NCBI GenBank assembly: GCA_016618085.1
Contig: JABLTG010000044.1
Coordinates: 1 to 64,000 of the forward strand
Reading direction: 5' to 3'
DNA: 64,000 nucleotides
Origin: Neovahlkampfia damariscottae
Lineage: Eukaryota
Below are positions 1 through 12,186 of the stretch, one piece after another. The first letter of the stretch is position 1; each line of letters opens with the position of its first letter. Made by a program: the position numbers and the translations under genes. The notes under the pieces are model-generated. The model did no database searches and was not told the origin of the DNA. It saw nothing but the letters and a program-made list of their open reading frames with translations.

Positions 1-154
1 CCCAAACCCAAACCCAAACCCAACCCCAAACCCAAACCCAAACCCAAACCCAAACCCAAACCCAAACCCAAAACCCAAAACCCAAACCCAAAACCCAAAC
101 CCAAAACCCAAACCCAAACCAAAAACCAAACCCAAACCAAAAACCAAAAACCCA
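1..154. repeat. Telomeric repeat array (CCCAAA)n; TTTGGG on the G-rich strand, degenerate proximally
   Basis: Tandem CCCAAA from base 1, with variant units (CCCCAAA, CCCAAAA, CCAAAAA) increasing toward ~154, then an abrupt switch to unique sequence. Confidence 0.93.
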
Positions 155-661
155 AGTTTTGATGATTTGTTTCAGGATTTAGATGTAAGGAAAATAATGA
201 AAGATGAAAGTGAAAAAAATTTTTTTTACTTTTCAGACAAATATTACCATTACTAAAAAATGAACAGGGAGCAAACAACGAGCAAGGAAAAGAAAAAATT
301 ATTCATGAATCTTGCAAGAAACATTGAAATTATATCCAAAAGTGATGAAAAATATCTATTTGCAGTCAGTCTCACAACTACAATACAAAATATTTTAGAT
401 ATTATCAACACAGAAGAAAACAAAAATTTATAATTCTGAAGATTTTCTTGTGTTTACTGCAAGTCAATTGAATGAAAAAGACCAATATTTTTTGAAATAA
501 AGAGTTTGAATTAAATTTTTAATGTTTTGTCAATTTTTTTGTCTTACGGAAAACATGTGGTTTTTTATTTGTCAATTATTTGTCAATTTTTTTGTCAACT
601 GAGTTTTTGTCACACGGAAAAAGACCTGTTGGATGGATGCTTTGTCAAGAAGAAAATATTA

Positions 662-1421
662 TTAAAATTTATTGTTAACTTTTGCATGAGGATTATTTAA
701 AGGAGCAGCAATATAATTTGAATCTTTTCTAAACGCTTGAACTTGTTCCATCTCATTAAATTGATTATAAAATCTTTGTAAATTTTTGTGATTTTCCAAG
801 AGTTTTGGATGAACACACATCATTTGATCTAACAAATCAAAAAGAAAAATATCTGCGTGACTCATTGAATCTCCTGCAAAGTATTTTCTTTCACCCAAAA
901 ATCTTTCAAATTTATCTAAATAAACAGGTGCTTCTTTTTGAAAATATGAATCTTTAGAATCTTCATTTGAATTTGGGTTGTAACACAATCTGGTGAAACT
1001 TCCACCAAAATCTCTTTTTTTTTTGAAAATTATGTTTTTTTTTGAATTTACCTTCCTTCTTGTTCAACCATTTCGACTCTAATTTGTTCTTCTTCAGTTT
1101 TACAAACTAATCCATATTTTCTTGCAATGTATCTTAAAATTGCTGTTGCATGAGTCATTTTAATATCACCATCAATGATGTATGGAAGATTTGGAAAATC
1201 TAATCCTAAATTTGATTTTACATCAAACCATTCAGTTCTAATTAAATGTAAAATCATTATTGTTCATACTTTGACCATTTACCATCTACTAATTTTTCTT
1301 CATATAATTCTTGTTTGAAATTAATTTTAAGAATAGCTAATAAAAATCTAATAGGTGAAGCAAGTCCTCTAATTTTCCAGTATCCAAGAACAATTTTTGA
1401 ATCTTTGTTTTGTGTCGACAT
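662..1421 (-). CDS. Glutathione S-transferase, mu-class-like (3 exons)
   Basis: Manual splice: MSTQNKDSKIVLGYWKIRGLASPIRFLL...WFDVKSNLGLDFPNLPYIIDGDIKMTHATAILRYIARKYGL...YFAGDSMSHADIFLFDLLD; two GT-AG introns near 1013-1051 and 1238-1269. Confidence 0.9.
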
Positions 1422-1550
1422 GTGGTTAAAAATGATTGGACAAAATTTGATCCATTTTTTGTTGAATGAATACTCAGAAATGATTACGCAACATCAACAA
1501 TCAAAATATTCATTTATTCAAACAATCCAATAAAATTCAACAATACAATT

Positions 1551-2509
1551 TTATTTTTTTTTCTTTTCCGTTTTATTTGGAAAGATGGCTTTAATTTTCA
1601 AAACATCCCAAAACTTCACATTACCCATAACATCAGCTGTAATTAAAAACTCTTCAGAAATCCAAGTAACTTTTAATAATTAAAAATTATTCAAATAAAA
1701 AAATACTAACCTGTTGAGATTTTCTTTTCATGAGCAGCAAATGACCTCATTCTTTTTGAAGATAATTCAATAAAATAAACATAATTATTAACAGCAAATA
1801 TAATATGAGTTTCAGCTAAACAACAAATTGAACGAATGATTAAATCTTCAGAACCATCTCCATCATGTATCTTTTTTGGTTTCTTATTTTCATCCCATAA
1901 ATAAATATCAGCAGTCCCAGAAACTACACCAACTAACTCTTTTCCCATAGAACATAATATTATGTATTTTGTTATTTTTGCGTCAATAAAAGTTTTAAAT
2001 TCACCATCACAATACTCTTCTATTAATCCAGGTTTTCTTTGTAATAATAATTTATTTTGATGTTTATGTACAACTGGAAATCTCCCACCAATAAATCTCT
2101 CTGGTTTGTCAGAATCAAAGTTCCACAATAAAACACCATCTCCTAACATTTCAGTTTTCATATTTCTTGCTGCTACTGTATCTAGAAATGCTACATAACT
2201 CCCAACTAAACCATCAAAAATTTTTGGATCTTCTCCTTCCAAAGAAAAATAATTTGTATAAAAAGTATTATTCTCTTCATTGTACATTATATTTGTTAAT
2301 CTTTTATTGTGTTCCCAAATTTTCAGTTTTTTCTTTTCTTCAATATCATAGAGAGTAATAGTTCCTTGAGAAGTTGCGACTAATAATTTTCCTTCTTCTT
2401 TTGTGGAACAACAGGCAGTGACACCAGTTTGTACCACCATTATCATTTCTGGATCCAAAACAATAGGTTGATATTCGTCAACAGATTCAGCTATTGATCC
2501 TTGTCCCAT
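1551..2509 (-). CDS. WD40/beta-propeller protein with possible N-myristoylation (MGQGS)
   Basis: LLVATSQGTITLYD and spliced C-terminal AHEKKISTVTWISEEFLITADVMGNVKFWD WD repeat; one intron near 1670-1710. Confidence 0.7.
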
Positions 2510-2673
2510 ATGCTGCTTTGTGGTTGACTTGTAGCGTGGCAACAAAAAAAGATGTGATTGGACAATGAGACCCTTTATATCGTTACAAATATTATCTAAA
2601 AAAATTTGAATTTAATTCAGAATAATTTCTTCTTTTTTTCCTCCAAAATTGATCGATAATCATTGGACAATTG

Positions 2674-4292
2674 ATGATTAAAATTTGTGAAGACGCACGT
2701 GGAAAAGAATTGGCTGAAGAAGTTGTTTGTTGGTCAAAAACACTTGGATACAATGATATAAATACCAAAAACATTAAAAGAATAACAATTGGAAACATGA
2801 CATCCATTTTTCAACATCTAATAACTCATGTTCATTCAGAAGAGTATGAAATCAAAATTTTAACTTTTTTTTGTAGTAAAGTTTCAGAAGTGAAACAACT
2901 TTTGAAAGAGTAAAATAAAAAATCATTAAAAAACAAAGATCAAAAAAAACCCAAATAAAATCAAAACCAAATAACAATGAACTAAGAGAAAAGAAGAAGT
3001 TTTTAAAATTAAAAATTGAAGAATTAAAAATGAAAGAAAATGAAAATTTAATCAAAATTGAAAAAATAAAAAAAGATTATTTTGAAATGAAAGTTAAAGA
3101 AAAGCAGATTGAAAAAGAAATTCAAAATGAAAAAGAAAAAGAATTTTTATTTCAAAAGTACCTTCAGATTTGTCAACAAAATATTAATTTATTTCAATTT
3201 TATGAAACTGAAATCAAAAGGAATTCATCACAAATGTTGAAGACATTAATGGAGTCAAATTCAAAATTCAAAATGAAAGAAAATTTAGAATTGATTTTAT
3301 TAAATTATAATGAAGATTTAAATCATGTAAATTAATATTCATATTTAATTTTTCACAGGAACTCTTAGTGCATCCACAGAATTTGATTGAAAATTTGATT
3401 GGACAAATATCAAATGATTTAATTTTAAATTCAGGTTTTTCAAAATTAAAATTTGAAGAAAATATACAATCAAAACGAGTATTATTAATTCAAAGATTCA
3501 TTGAAACCAAAAAGTTTGAATTTTATTTAAATTTTTACAATCAATAGATTACAGTCAAAATTAATGAAATTAGAAGAAGAAATTAAAGATTTGAGTGAAA
3601 TAAATTATAAAGGGAATGTATTATTGAAAGAGTTTCATGAAAAAGAAATCAAATATTCATCATTGAATTCTATTATTGAAATAATTGAAAAGAACTTAAA
3701 ACCAATTCAAAAACAAGAAAATTCAAATATAAAAATTACAAAATATGAAAAGTATATTCGAATTATACAACAAAATGATGTCAAAATTAAGATATTGAAA
3801 AGAGAAATTAAAGATATATTTGAAGAGTGTTTTAAAGAAAATTTAGATCATATTTTGAAACAATTTACAAATAAAAGGAATGAACTTGAATACATTAATG
3901 ATAATATGATAAAGAATGAATTAAATTTAATTTCAAAAATTAATTGGGATTTATTTAAAAATTCAACATCACTTGAAGATACAAATCTTGATGAAATTAA
4001 AGAAATTTTAAATTTTCCAAAATATAAATCAAATGAAGAATTTAAACAATACATTCAAAAATTATTAACAATTAAAGAAAACGAAAAATATGATTTTGAA
4101 ATCAAAAATGATTCGTCAATTAATAATTTAATTAAAAAATTAAAAACAATTGATAGTCAAGAAAATTCTAAATATATACCAATACTCAATGAAACAATTT
4201 TAAAATCAAAAGAACAAATTCGAAAATTAGAAAAATTAAAAGAGATTGAAAAGGATTGGAATTTTTTACATGAATTTTTAAATAATTTATAA
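2674..4292 (+). CDS. HAUS5: HAUS augmin-like complex subunit 5-like coiled-coil protein (multi-exon)
   Basis: N-terminus ELAEEVVCWSKTLGY...IKRITIGNMTSIFQHLITHVHSEE resembles the conserved HAUS5/AUG5 N-terminal region as recalled; the rest is coiled-coil; ORF pieces joined by short introns. Confidence 0.55.
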
Positions 4293-4299
4293 AAAGAAT

Positions 4300-4821
4300 T
4301 TATTTCTTTATTAAATGTAAAACAGAACCATCTTGTATTGTATAATCACATAATTCATTCCCTTCAATTAAATATTTTCCATCAAATAAAAGAGAATAAT
4401 TTGAAAAAATTCCAATCTTTTTTTCAATCAAATCTTTTAAATTTTCAATTGATATTTTTGGTGATAAATCTGAAAAACATGATAATGATCCATTTAATGA
4501 TTTTACATAAATTTTTAATGGTTTCAAAATTAAAAACACAATATCATTTTCAAAATCCTTTACATAATCATCTATTGAATTTTCATCTTTTAATTCAATT
4601 CCTTTGAATATTAAGGTTTGATTTTTTGGTTCTATTTTATTGAATAAAGGAGAGATATCTTTTTTAATTTCTAAAATATTTTTGTTTTTTAATTTGATAT
4701 CCATTGTGGATAGTTCATATTTGTTTTTTTCTTGTTGAAGCAGTTTAATCTTGAGAACAAAATTAACTTGATTTTCAACTTCTTCTTCAATAGGTGTTGT
4801 TTGTTCGATTGTCAACTTCAT
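4300..4821 (-). CDS. Tandem ubiquitin-like domain protein
   Basis: Two UBL-like units: QTLIFKGIELKDENSIDDY and IYVKSLNG...SLLFDGKYLIEGNELCDYTIQDGSVLHL. Confidence 0.75.
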   Translation of the reverse strand: MKLTIEQTTPIEEEVENQVNFVLKIKLLQQEKNKYELSTMDIKLKNKNILEIKKDISPLFNKIEPKNQTLIFKGIELKDENSIDDYVKDFENDIVFLILKPLKIYVKSLNGSLSCFSDLSPKISIENLKDLIEKKIGIFSNYSLLFDGKYLIEGNELCDYTIQDGSVLHLIKK

Positions 4822-4992
4822 CTATTTTTAAATTCAGTATTATCCAATTAGAATTGGTTTTAAAATTGAATGAAAGATTCACCATTATGGAGAGTCTCAA
4901 AAGACCTCTGAGCGATACTATATAAATATTAATCACAAAATATATTTTTTTTTACTGGGATAATCAACCAATCATTTGAATCAGATTAATCC

Positions 4993-5859
4993 ATGTCAGC
5001 AACACTAAACTTGGCAATTGCTTTGGCGGTTGTATTTCTGTACGTAGGAATTGGTACATTATTTTTCCATTTAGCAGAAAGTGTTTCATTTGTTGATTCT
5101 CTCTTTTGGGCTTCAAGTTTGTTTTCATTAATAATTAATTAAAAAGTTCTCAATTCACAAACCCAAGCATTAACACAGGTATACACTGACTCTTCATTTG
5201 AACCAACAAAAGATATTTCAAAAATGTTCACCATTTTTTATATTTTGGCTGGTTTTTTTATTGTTGGTTTCACATTTGCTGAAATTGTTGAAGTAATATT
5301 TGAAAAAGAAGATGAATTTTTTCGTGCAAGAATGGAAAAAAGAACATTCACAAAAAAAAAACTCACCCTTTATAAATTACTTGTAATTTTTATAATTTAT
5401 GTTGTTTGTTTCTTTCTTGGGGTTGCTACATACTTTTTAGGGGAAGAATGGTCATTAGTTGATTCCATGTATTATACAATTGTTACTTCAACTGATTTAG
5501 GTGAAACCGAATTACATCCAACAAAAGGTTGGACAAAATTAATGGCAACATTTTTAGTCTTATCAACAGCATCTTTATTTAGTTTCACAATTGGTACTAT
5601 TGCTGAATTTATTGCTGAAAAATTCAAACAAGACATTGCTGATAAATTTTTTTCTCAAAAAGTTTCAAAAGCGACTCTTGCTGATATGGACGCAAATGAA
5701 GATGGAAAAGTTTCAAGAATTGAATTTTTAGAATATATGTTAACTAACTGTGAAATGGTTGATGAGGATGATATTAAAAGAATTCATGAACGATTTGAAT
5801 TTTTAGATGCTGACCAATCTGGTTATTTGAATTTAGATGATGCTCAAATCAATAACTAA
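4993..5859 (+). CDS. Two-pore (TPK/KCO-like) ion channel with C-terminal EF-hands and non-canonical pore loops
   Basis: 4TM/2P layout (SFVDSLFW; WSLVDSMYYTIVTST), EF-hand loops DANEDGKVSRIEF and DADQSGYL; intron near 5117-5147. Confidence 0.75.
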
Positions 5860-5915
5860 AACCCTTTTTTTTTGATATAAAATTATTTATTTGCCATTTG
5901 GTTCCATTTTTGATT

Positions 5916-7765
5916 CTATTTATTGAACTAAAAAAAGACAATAAAAATGATTGAAATTCACTTACAATTTGAGAAATTGGACTCCAATAACTTGATGATG
6001 AATTTGTTAAAGAAATGAATTTTTGTTCAATTTCATTTTTTTCATCTTCACTAAATGCCAAAACAGTTGAAATTGCTGGTAATAAATTCTTTTGAACTTT
6101 AACATCAGGTGTTGATAAAAATTTAACTAAAATATTTTTCAAATATTCTAAATTTGCATTTTCCCTTTTTTCAAATCTTTCATTCTTTTTTTGTTCTTCT
6201 TGTAATTGAATAGTTATATTAGAGTTCATTTTCATTTCAGCTTCTAATTGTTGAATCTTTTGTTGTAATCCAAATAATTCTTGATCTCTATTCGCTTGCA
6301 TTTGTGCCATTCTAATAAACTTTTCATTTTCATCAGTTTCTATTTTTTCATCAACTTTAATTTCCTCTTTAACTTCTTTTTCATTTTTTTGAATAGAATT
6401 TAACAATAATTCCTCTTTTTCTGAAAGTGATTTTTGTAATCTTGAATTTTCACGTTCATATTGTTGTAATATTTTTCTATTTTTTTCAGTTGAATTTTTA
6501 ATATTTCTTTTTGATTCTTCTTCAATTTCAATTTTTTCTTTTTTTAAATTTTCAATTTCGTTTTCAAAATTTTGAGTTAAACTATCAATTTTATGATTTA
6601 AATTGTTAATTTCAATATCTTTTTCTTCTTTTAACAAATCAAATTCTTCAATTGATTTATTATTCTTTTCATTTAATTGGTCAATTTCATTGGATAAATC
6701 AATTGTTTTTGTTTGATATTCCAACAAAGAATCAACTTGATTCAATAAATTATCATTCTTTTCTTTTAAATTTTCAATTTCTTTTTTCAATTTTTCATTT
6801 GAATTTTCCAATTCAATTCTAATAGAATCATTGGATGATTTTTCTTCATTTAATTCATCTGTTTTTTTCTTCAAAGCAGCATGTGCTCTTGTTTTATATT
6901 TTGATAATTCATCTTCTTTCTCTTGAAAATCTTTTTTTAACTTTTGATTCTCCAATTGAAATTTTTCAATTTCTTGATGATACTCTTCTTCTAAAGCATC
7001 TTGTAAAGAATCAGGTAAATCATTTACTGGTATATTATCAACCCAATATTTTTTTTCATTATTTTCATATTGAATTAAACACCAATTTTCTTCTTGATAT
7101 TTTACATGTTCCAAAATAGTATATTTTGAATTTGAAGTCAATTTATCAAAATTTAAAATTAATTCATCTTTTTCAACGACTAATTTTTTCAAAGTTTCAA
7201 TTTTTTTTGCGTCTTTTGAAGTAATTTCTTTTACTTTATCTTTCCAATCTTTCATTTTTTTTTTCAAAGCATCATGTTCTTTTGTTTTATCTTCAAATTC
7301 TTTTTCTTTTTTTTCTTTGTATTCTTCAAATTCTTTGATTACTGATTCTAATTGATTTTCTAATTTTATATTTGAACTTGAATCAAATTGATTTGTCAAA
7401 CCAGATACATTTTGATCTGTTAATAATTTATTGGTTTCTATTAATAATTTATTTTTCTCAATTTCTTCTTTTAACTCTTCTTTTAAATCATCTTCTTTAT
7501 TTTCTTTTTTTAAAAAATATTCTTTAATTTTTTCAAAGTTATTTTCCATTTTTTTGATTTTTTCTTCTTTAAATTTTTCATTAAACTTGGTTTCACATTC
7601 TTTTTCAAAAAATTGAAATTTTTCTTCGAAATCCAAAAATAATTTTTTAATTTCATTTTCTTTCTCTTTATTCTTGGTTTCATTTAAAGTTTCTTTTATT
7701 GATTCTTCTTCTGTTTGTTCTTTGCCATTCAAAATTGTTTCTTCAACTTCGGAGTTTTCACTCAT
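5916..7765 (-). CDS. GRIP-domain golgin (long coiled-coil)
   Basis: C-terminal NLEYLKNILVKFLS...LLPAISTVLAFSEDE GRIP motif; probable last intron GTAAGT...TAG giving FNK* at 5916. Confidence 0.8.
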
Positions 7766-7943
7766 TTGTGTTTTGGTCTATGGTTTTTTTTATTGGATAA
7801 ACTTTCTTCAATTTTAATTTGTTTAAATCACTTATAACAAAGTCTTTTCGAAAAGGAATTTAAAATCAATGGATAGATTTAAAAGAAAATTATTTCATTT
7901 TTAACCTTATCTGGTTGATTTGAAAAGATTTTTATTATTATAT

Positions 7944-8478
7944 TTATTGTTTCAATAATTCTTGACAACATCTCATAATCTGTTTAAAATTTATTTCAAA
8001 ACCATCTCTTCCTCCATAATATGGATCATCAACTATTGAATCAGGTGATTTTGTATCAAAATGACCTAATAATGAAATATGACAATTCTTATTTTCTTTT
8101 TTCATCAATTTTTTAACATTTGAAAGATTTGATGAATCCATACATAATCTGTAAAAGTTCAGTATTTTTCTATTTTTACATATAATCAAATTTATCAAAA
8201 TCTTGTGATGTGAATTGTCTTGCTCGGTAATTATGTTTTGGAAAATCTTTTCCAAAGTGTTTTTGACAACATTCTACAGATCTTTCGTCTGGTTCTTCGC
8301 CTATGTGATAAGCTGCTGTTCCTGCACTATCAATATTCCACTTGTCTTCTTGTTTAGTGTCAATGACAAGTTTTCTCATAATAATTTCAGCCATTGGACT
8401 TCTACAGATCTAAAAATTAAAAGAAAAAAAAGAAACGTTTCCCAAGCAAACAAACAATACACTCTTTTTCTCAGACAT
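7944..8478 (-). CDS. Low-molecular-weight protein tyrosine phosphatase (3 exons)
   Basis: Spliced VLFVCLGNICRSPMAE P-loop, DSAGT, FDYILCMD, DDPYYG. Confidence 0.93.
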
Positions 8479-8639
8479 TTTATCAAAAGTTGCAATAATT
8501 GGTTAATTTTTCCACAACTAAAAAAATGAACCAGCTTTACCTTTTTTAATTAGATTAATTTCAAAGTGGAAAAGCATTTATTTCATTTTCATTTTGGGAA
8601 CTCAACCAATCAAAACAGAAAATTATCCAAGAAGTAGAA

Positions 8640-11600
8640 ACGCGCGAACTGACATTGATAATCACTGTTTTGCTTTTGTGTTTATTTGTTCAAGCTCATC
8701 AACAGAACATAAAATCAATAATGGATGTTTTCGAAATAATGATTGCAAATCCTCAGAATATTGTGATGGTGATCCAATAAAACACATTCAAGGTCAATGC
8801 CAAAAAAAAATTTGATAACTTTTGTCAAAACGACCAACATTGTACAGATATCGGTGATGAATACTTCAGCACATGTGAAAAATCAGGAGGTAAAGTTTTT
8901 TTTTTGCATTTAACAAGAAAAGTAAATCATGGAAAGTGTATCAAAGTTACTCATCAAAAATCAAATTTTGACATGCTGCAAGCTGAACAAATACCAGTTC
9001 CTATTATTTCAAAAGAAGATTATGAAAATATTCCAAAACCACAATTAGACCTTGTTTCTTCTGGAGGTTGTGGAAATGAATTTATGGATCCACCTGAAGT
9101 TGTATAAAACAACTTTGATATTCAAGGAGTATGTACACCATATACATGTGATGATTCAACAACAAGAAACACTTACACTTCTCCTCCAAATAAAGTCTAC
9201 AAAATAATCTGGATGGTATTTCAATGTGCGTAAATTATTTTTTTTATTTTTTTTTGAAAACTTTCACAAGATAATTGGTATCAGAATGCAACTACTAAAA
9301 TTGCTGAAGTAACTTATGATGTTAATGTCAAATTCAGTTCTGTTGGAATTGAATTTATTTCTACTGTCTCACTTTATCCATGTAGTTTTGAATATAATGG
9401 CACAACATTAAGTTATGCACATTTCGATCAAAATGGTATTTATAGTGCTGGTTCAGCTGTGAAAAGAGAAAGAGGAAATAACTTTCAAAATGACGGAGCT
9501 CTTGTCCTTGTTGCAGGTTTACCAAATGATAATTCTCTGAATGGATGGATGTATTTTCCTTCTAGTGGTACACTTGCAGGTGTTGGTTTCATGCATCGTA
9601 CGTTTTTTTTTATTTTCAACTTCTTTCAAAGACAGAGTAATTGCTGCCGGTTTTACAACCTTAGCACATGAACTTGGTCATGGATTTGGTTTATATCATA
9701 CATTTCATGGTATTTCAGAAGTACCACCATGTTCAACTTGTTATGAATATGGCTCAGGTTCGTTTTTTAAAAATAATTAACCAATTAACTCAAGGATCTG
9801 ATGTAACTGGAGATTTATATGCAGACACACCACCAGTTGTCGTTAATTTTGCTTGTAGTTCACCTTTAGATGCTTCAGAAAGTGGATATCCAGAACCTTG
9901 TAACACAACAGGAAGAACTTCTTGGAATCCAAATCCTTATACCAATCTCAGTACAACTTTTTATCATTAATCATCTTATTTAAAGTGTCTTATGGAAATT
10001 GTAGAAATTCCTTCACTGAATGTCAAAAGAGAAGAATTAGATGTTATAATGTGGAGAAATTAGCATGGTTGACAGCACTCACAGTTTGTTTTGGAAAAGA
10101 AAGTTCAGATTCAACAGTTTGTTCAGGTCAAAGTACCTGTACTGGAAAAGATACATGCTCTTGCACAGGTGGTTTTTCCGGAAGTCAGTGTCAAATACCT
10201 CCAGGACAACCAAGTCCTTCACCGCAGCCAACACCTTCACCGACAGAATCACCAAAAGTATCACCAATTCCAAGTCCTTCACCAAATCCAATTTTATGTT
10301 ATGGTAAACCTCAAAATGATCCAAATGTTTGCTCTGGACAAGGTACATGCACTAACACAGATTCCTGCTCTTGTGAAAATGGATATACAGGTGACCAATG
10401 CCAGAATCCACCTCCAATAAACTCACCAACTCAGTCACCAAGCCCAACATTTACATGTTTTGGTATTTCGTCAAGTGATTCAAATGTTTGCTCAGGTAAT
10501 GGTCAATGTGTTTCTCAAGATCAATGCAATTGTAATTCTGGATATGGTGGACAAAAATGTGGTCAAATATTTTGTTTTGGAATTAGTAATACAGATTCAA
10601 GTGTATGCTCTGGAAATGGTCAATGTACAGGTCCAAATACTTATCAATGTAACACAAATTATGTTGGATCAACATGTTCTTCTGCAATATGCTTTGGTAA
10701 ACAAGGATCACAATCTTGTTTTGGACATGGATCATGTTTGAAACCTGATGTTTGTACTTGTTCTCCAGGCTACTTTGGAAATGAATGTGGAACAGTAAAA
10801 TGTTTTGAAAAAGCATCAACAGATGGTAATGTTTGCTCTTCAAAAGGAAAGTGTGTTTCACCAAATGTTTGTGCTTGTAATACAGGATTTAGTGGATTAG
10901 AGTGTGACTTATCCCAATGTAGATTAACAGAAAATGGTGTTTGTAATTCACAAGGAAGTTGTGTTGGAGAAAATACATGTCAATGTAATACTGGATATTT
11001 TGGAACTGCATGTGAAATTAATTCATGTTACAATAAAACTGATTCATTAACTGTTTGCTCTGGTCATGGAAAATGTACTGGATTGGATCAATGTGAATGT
11101 GATCAAGGATATTCAGGAGCTAAATGTGAAAACACGAAATGTTTCAATATTTTATCAACATCTAGTTCTGTTTGTTCTGGAAATGGAAAATGTATTGAAT
11201 TGGATAAATGTTTATGTAATGTTGGACATGCAGACGAGGAATGTGATCAAATTGGTTGTTTTGGTAAGTTGCCAAACGATTTCGATGTCTGTAATGGCAG
11301 AGGAAATTGCACATTAGGTCAATGTTCATGTTATTCTAACTATACTGGAAACGAATGTGAAACTACTACATGCTTTGGAGTTTCATCTTCTGATACATCT
11401 GTTTGTTCAGGAAATGGAAAATGTGTTTATGTTGATAAATGTCAATGCAAAGATGGATATGTTGGTGAAAAATGCAAAACAGAAACTTGTTATGGATTGA
11501 TTTCAACAGATCCAAAAGTTTGTTCTGGAAATGGTCAATGTACAGGAGCTAATACATGCACTTGTAATTCTGGCTTCAAAGGTACTGAATGTGAAGCTAG

Positions 11601-12162
11601 AGAATGTTATGGAATTTTATCAAGTTCATCATTAGTTTGCTCAGGAAATAGAAAATGTACAAACACAGATCAATGTACTTGTGATAAAGGATATTCAGGT
11701 GATAATTGTGATAGATTCACATGTGAAGGAAAAGTTATTTCCAATCCTACAGTTTGTTCAGGAAATGGAAAATGTATTGGAAATGATAAATGCTCATGTG
11801 ACTATGGTTATGGAGGTTCAAATTGTGATAAATTTGCGTGTGATGGTTATATTACAAATACAACAAATGCTTGCAATGGAAGAGGTCATTGTGTAAAACC
11901 AAATACTTGTATTTGTAATTTTGAATACTCAGGTAGTTTTTGTGAAGTTTCGATTTGTTTTGGAATCTCAAGTACTAATAAAACAACATGCTCAAGTCAT
12001 GGAACATGTATAGAAAAAGATAAATGTAATTGTAATTATGGATACATTGGTACAAAATGTGATGTTATTGATTCAAGTTTGTTCAAAGGACAAAATTCAG
12101 CATCTCCAACATCCATTTCGATTTCAATTTTCATTGTTTCTTTGATTTTATTGTTGATTTAA
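8640..12162 (+). pseudogene. Secreted M43-type (pappalysin-like) zinc metalloprotease with long EGF-like repeat stalk and C-terminal hydrophobic anchor; 5' part disrupted
   Basis: HELGHGFGLYHTF zinc motif; ~15 CSGNGxC...CxCxxGYxGxxC repeats; signal-peptide frame begins with ACG not ATG, frameshifts near 8710 and 8810, in-frame TAA at 9105-9107. Confidence 0.7.
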
Positions 12163-12186
12163 AATAAAGATTTATTTAAAATTTTT

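Noticed and set aside
5849..5859. Apparent overlap of the channel and golgin ORFs in the ORF track
   Set aside because: A GTAAGT...TAG intron near the golgin end gives a stop at 5916, removing the overlap
10065..11896. Alternative-frame ORFs over the EGF exon, and similar short shadow ORFs across the window
   Set aside because: By-products of repetitive or biased codon usage overlapping better-supported genes
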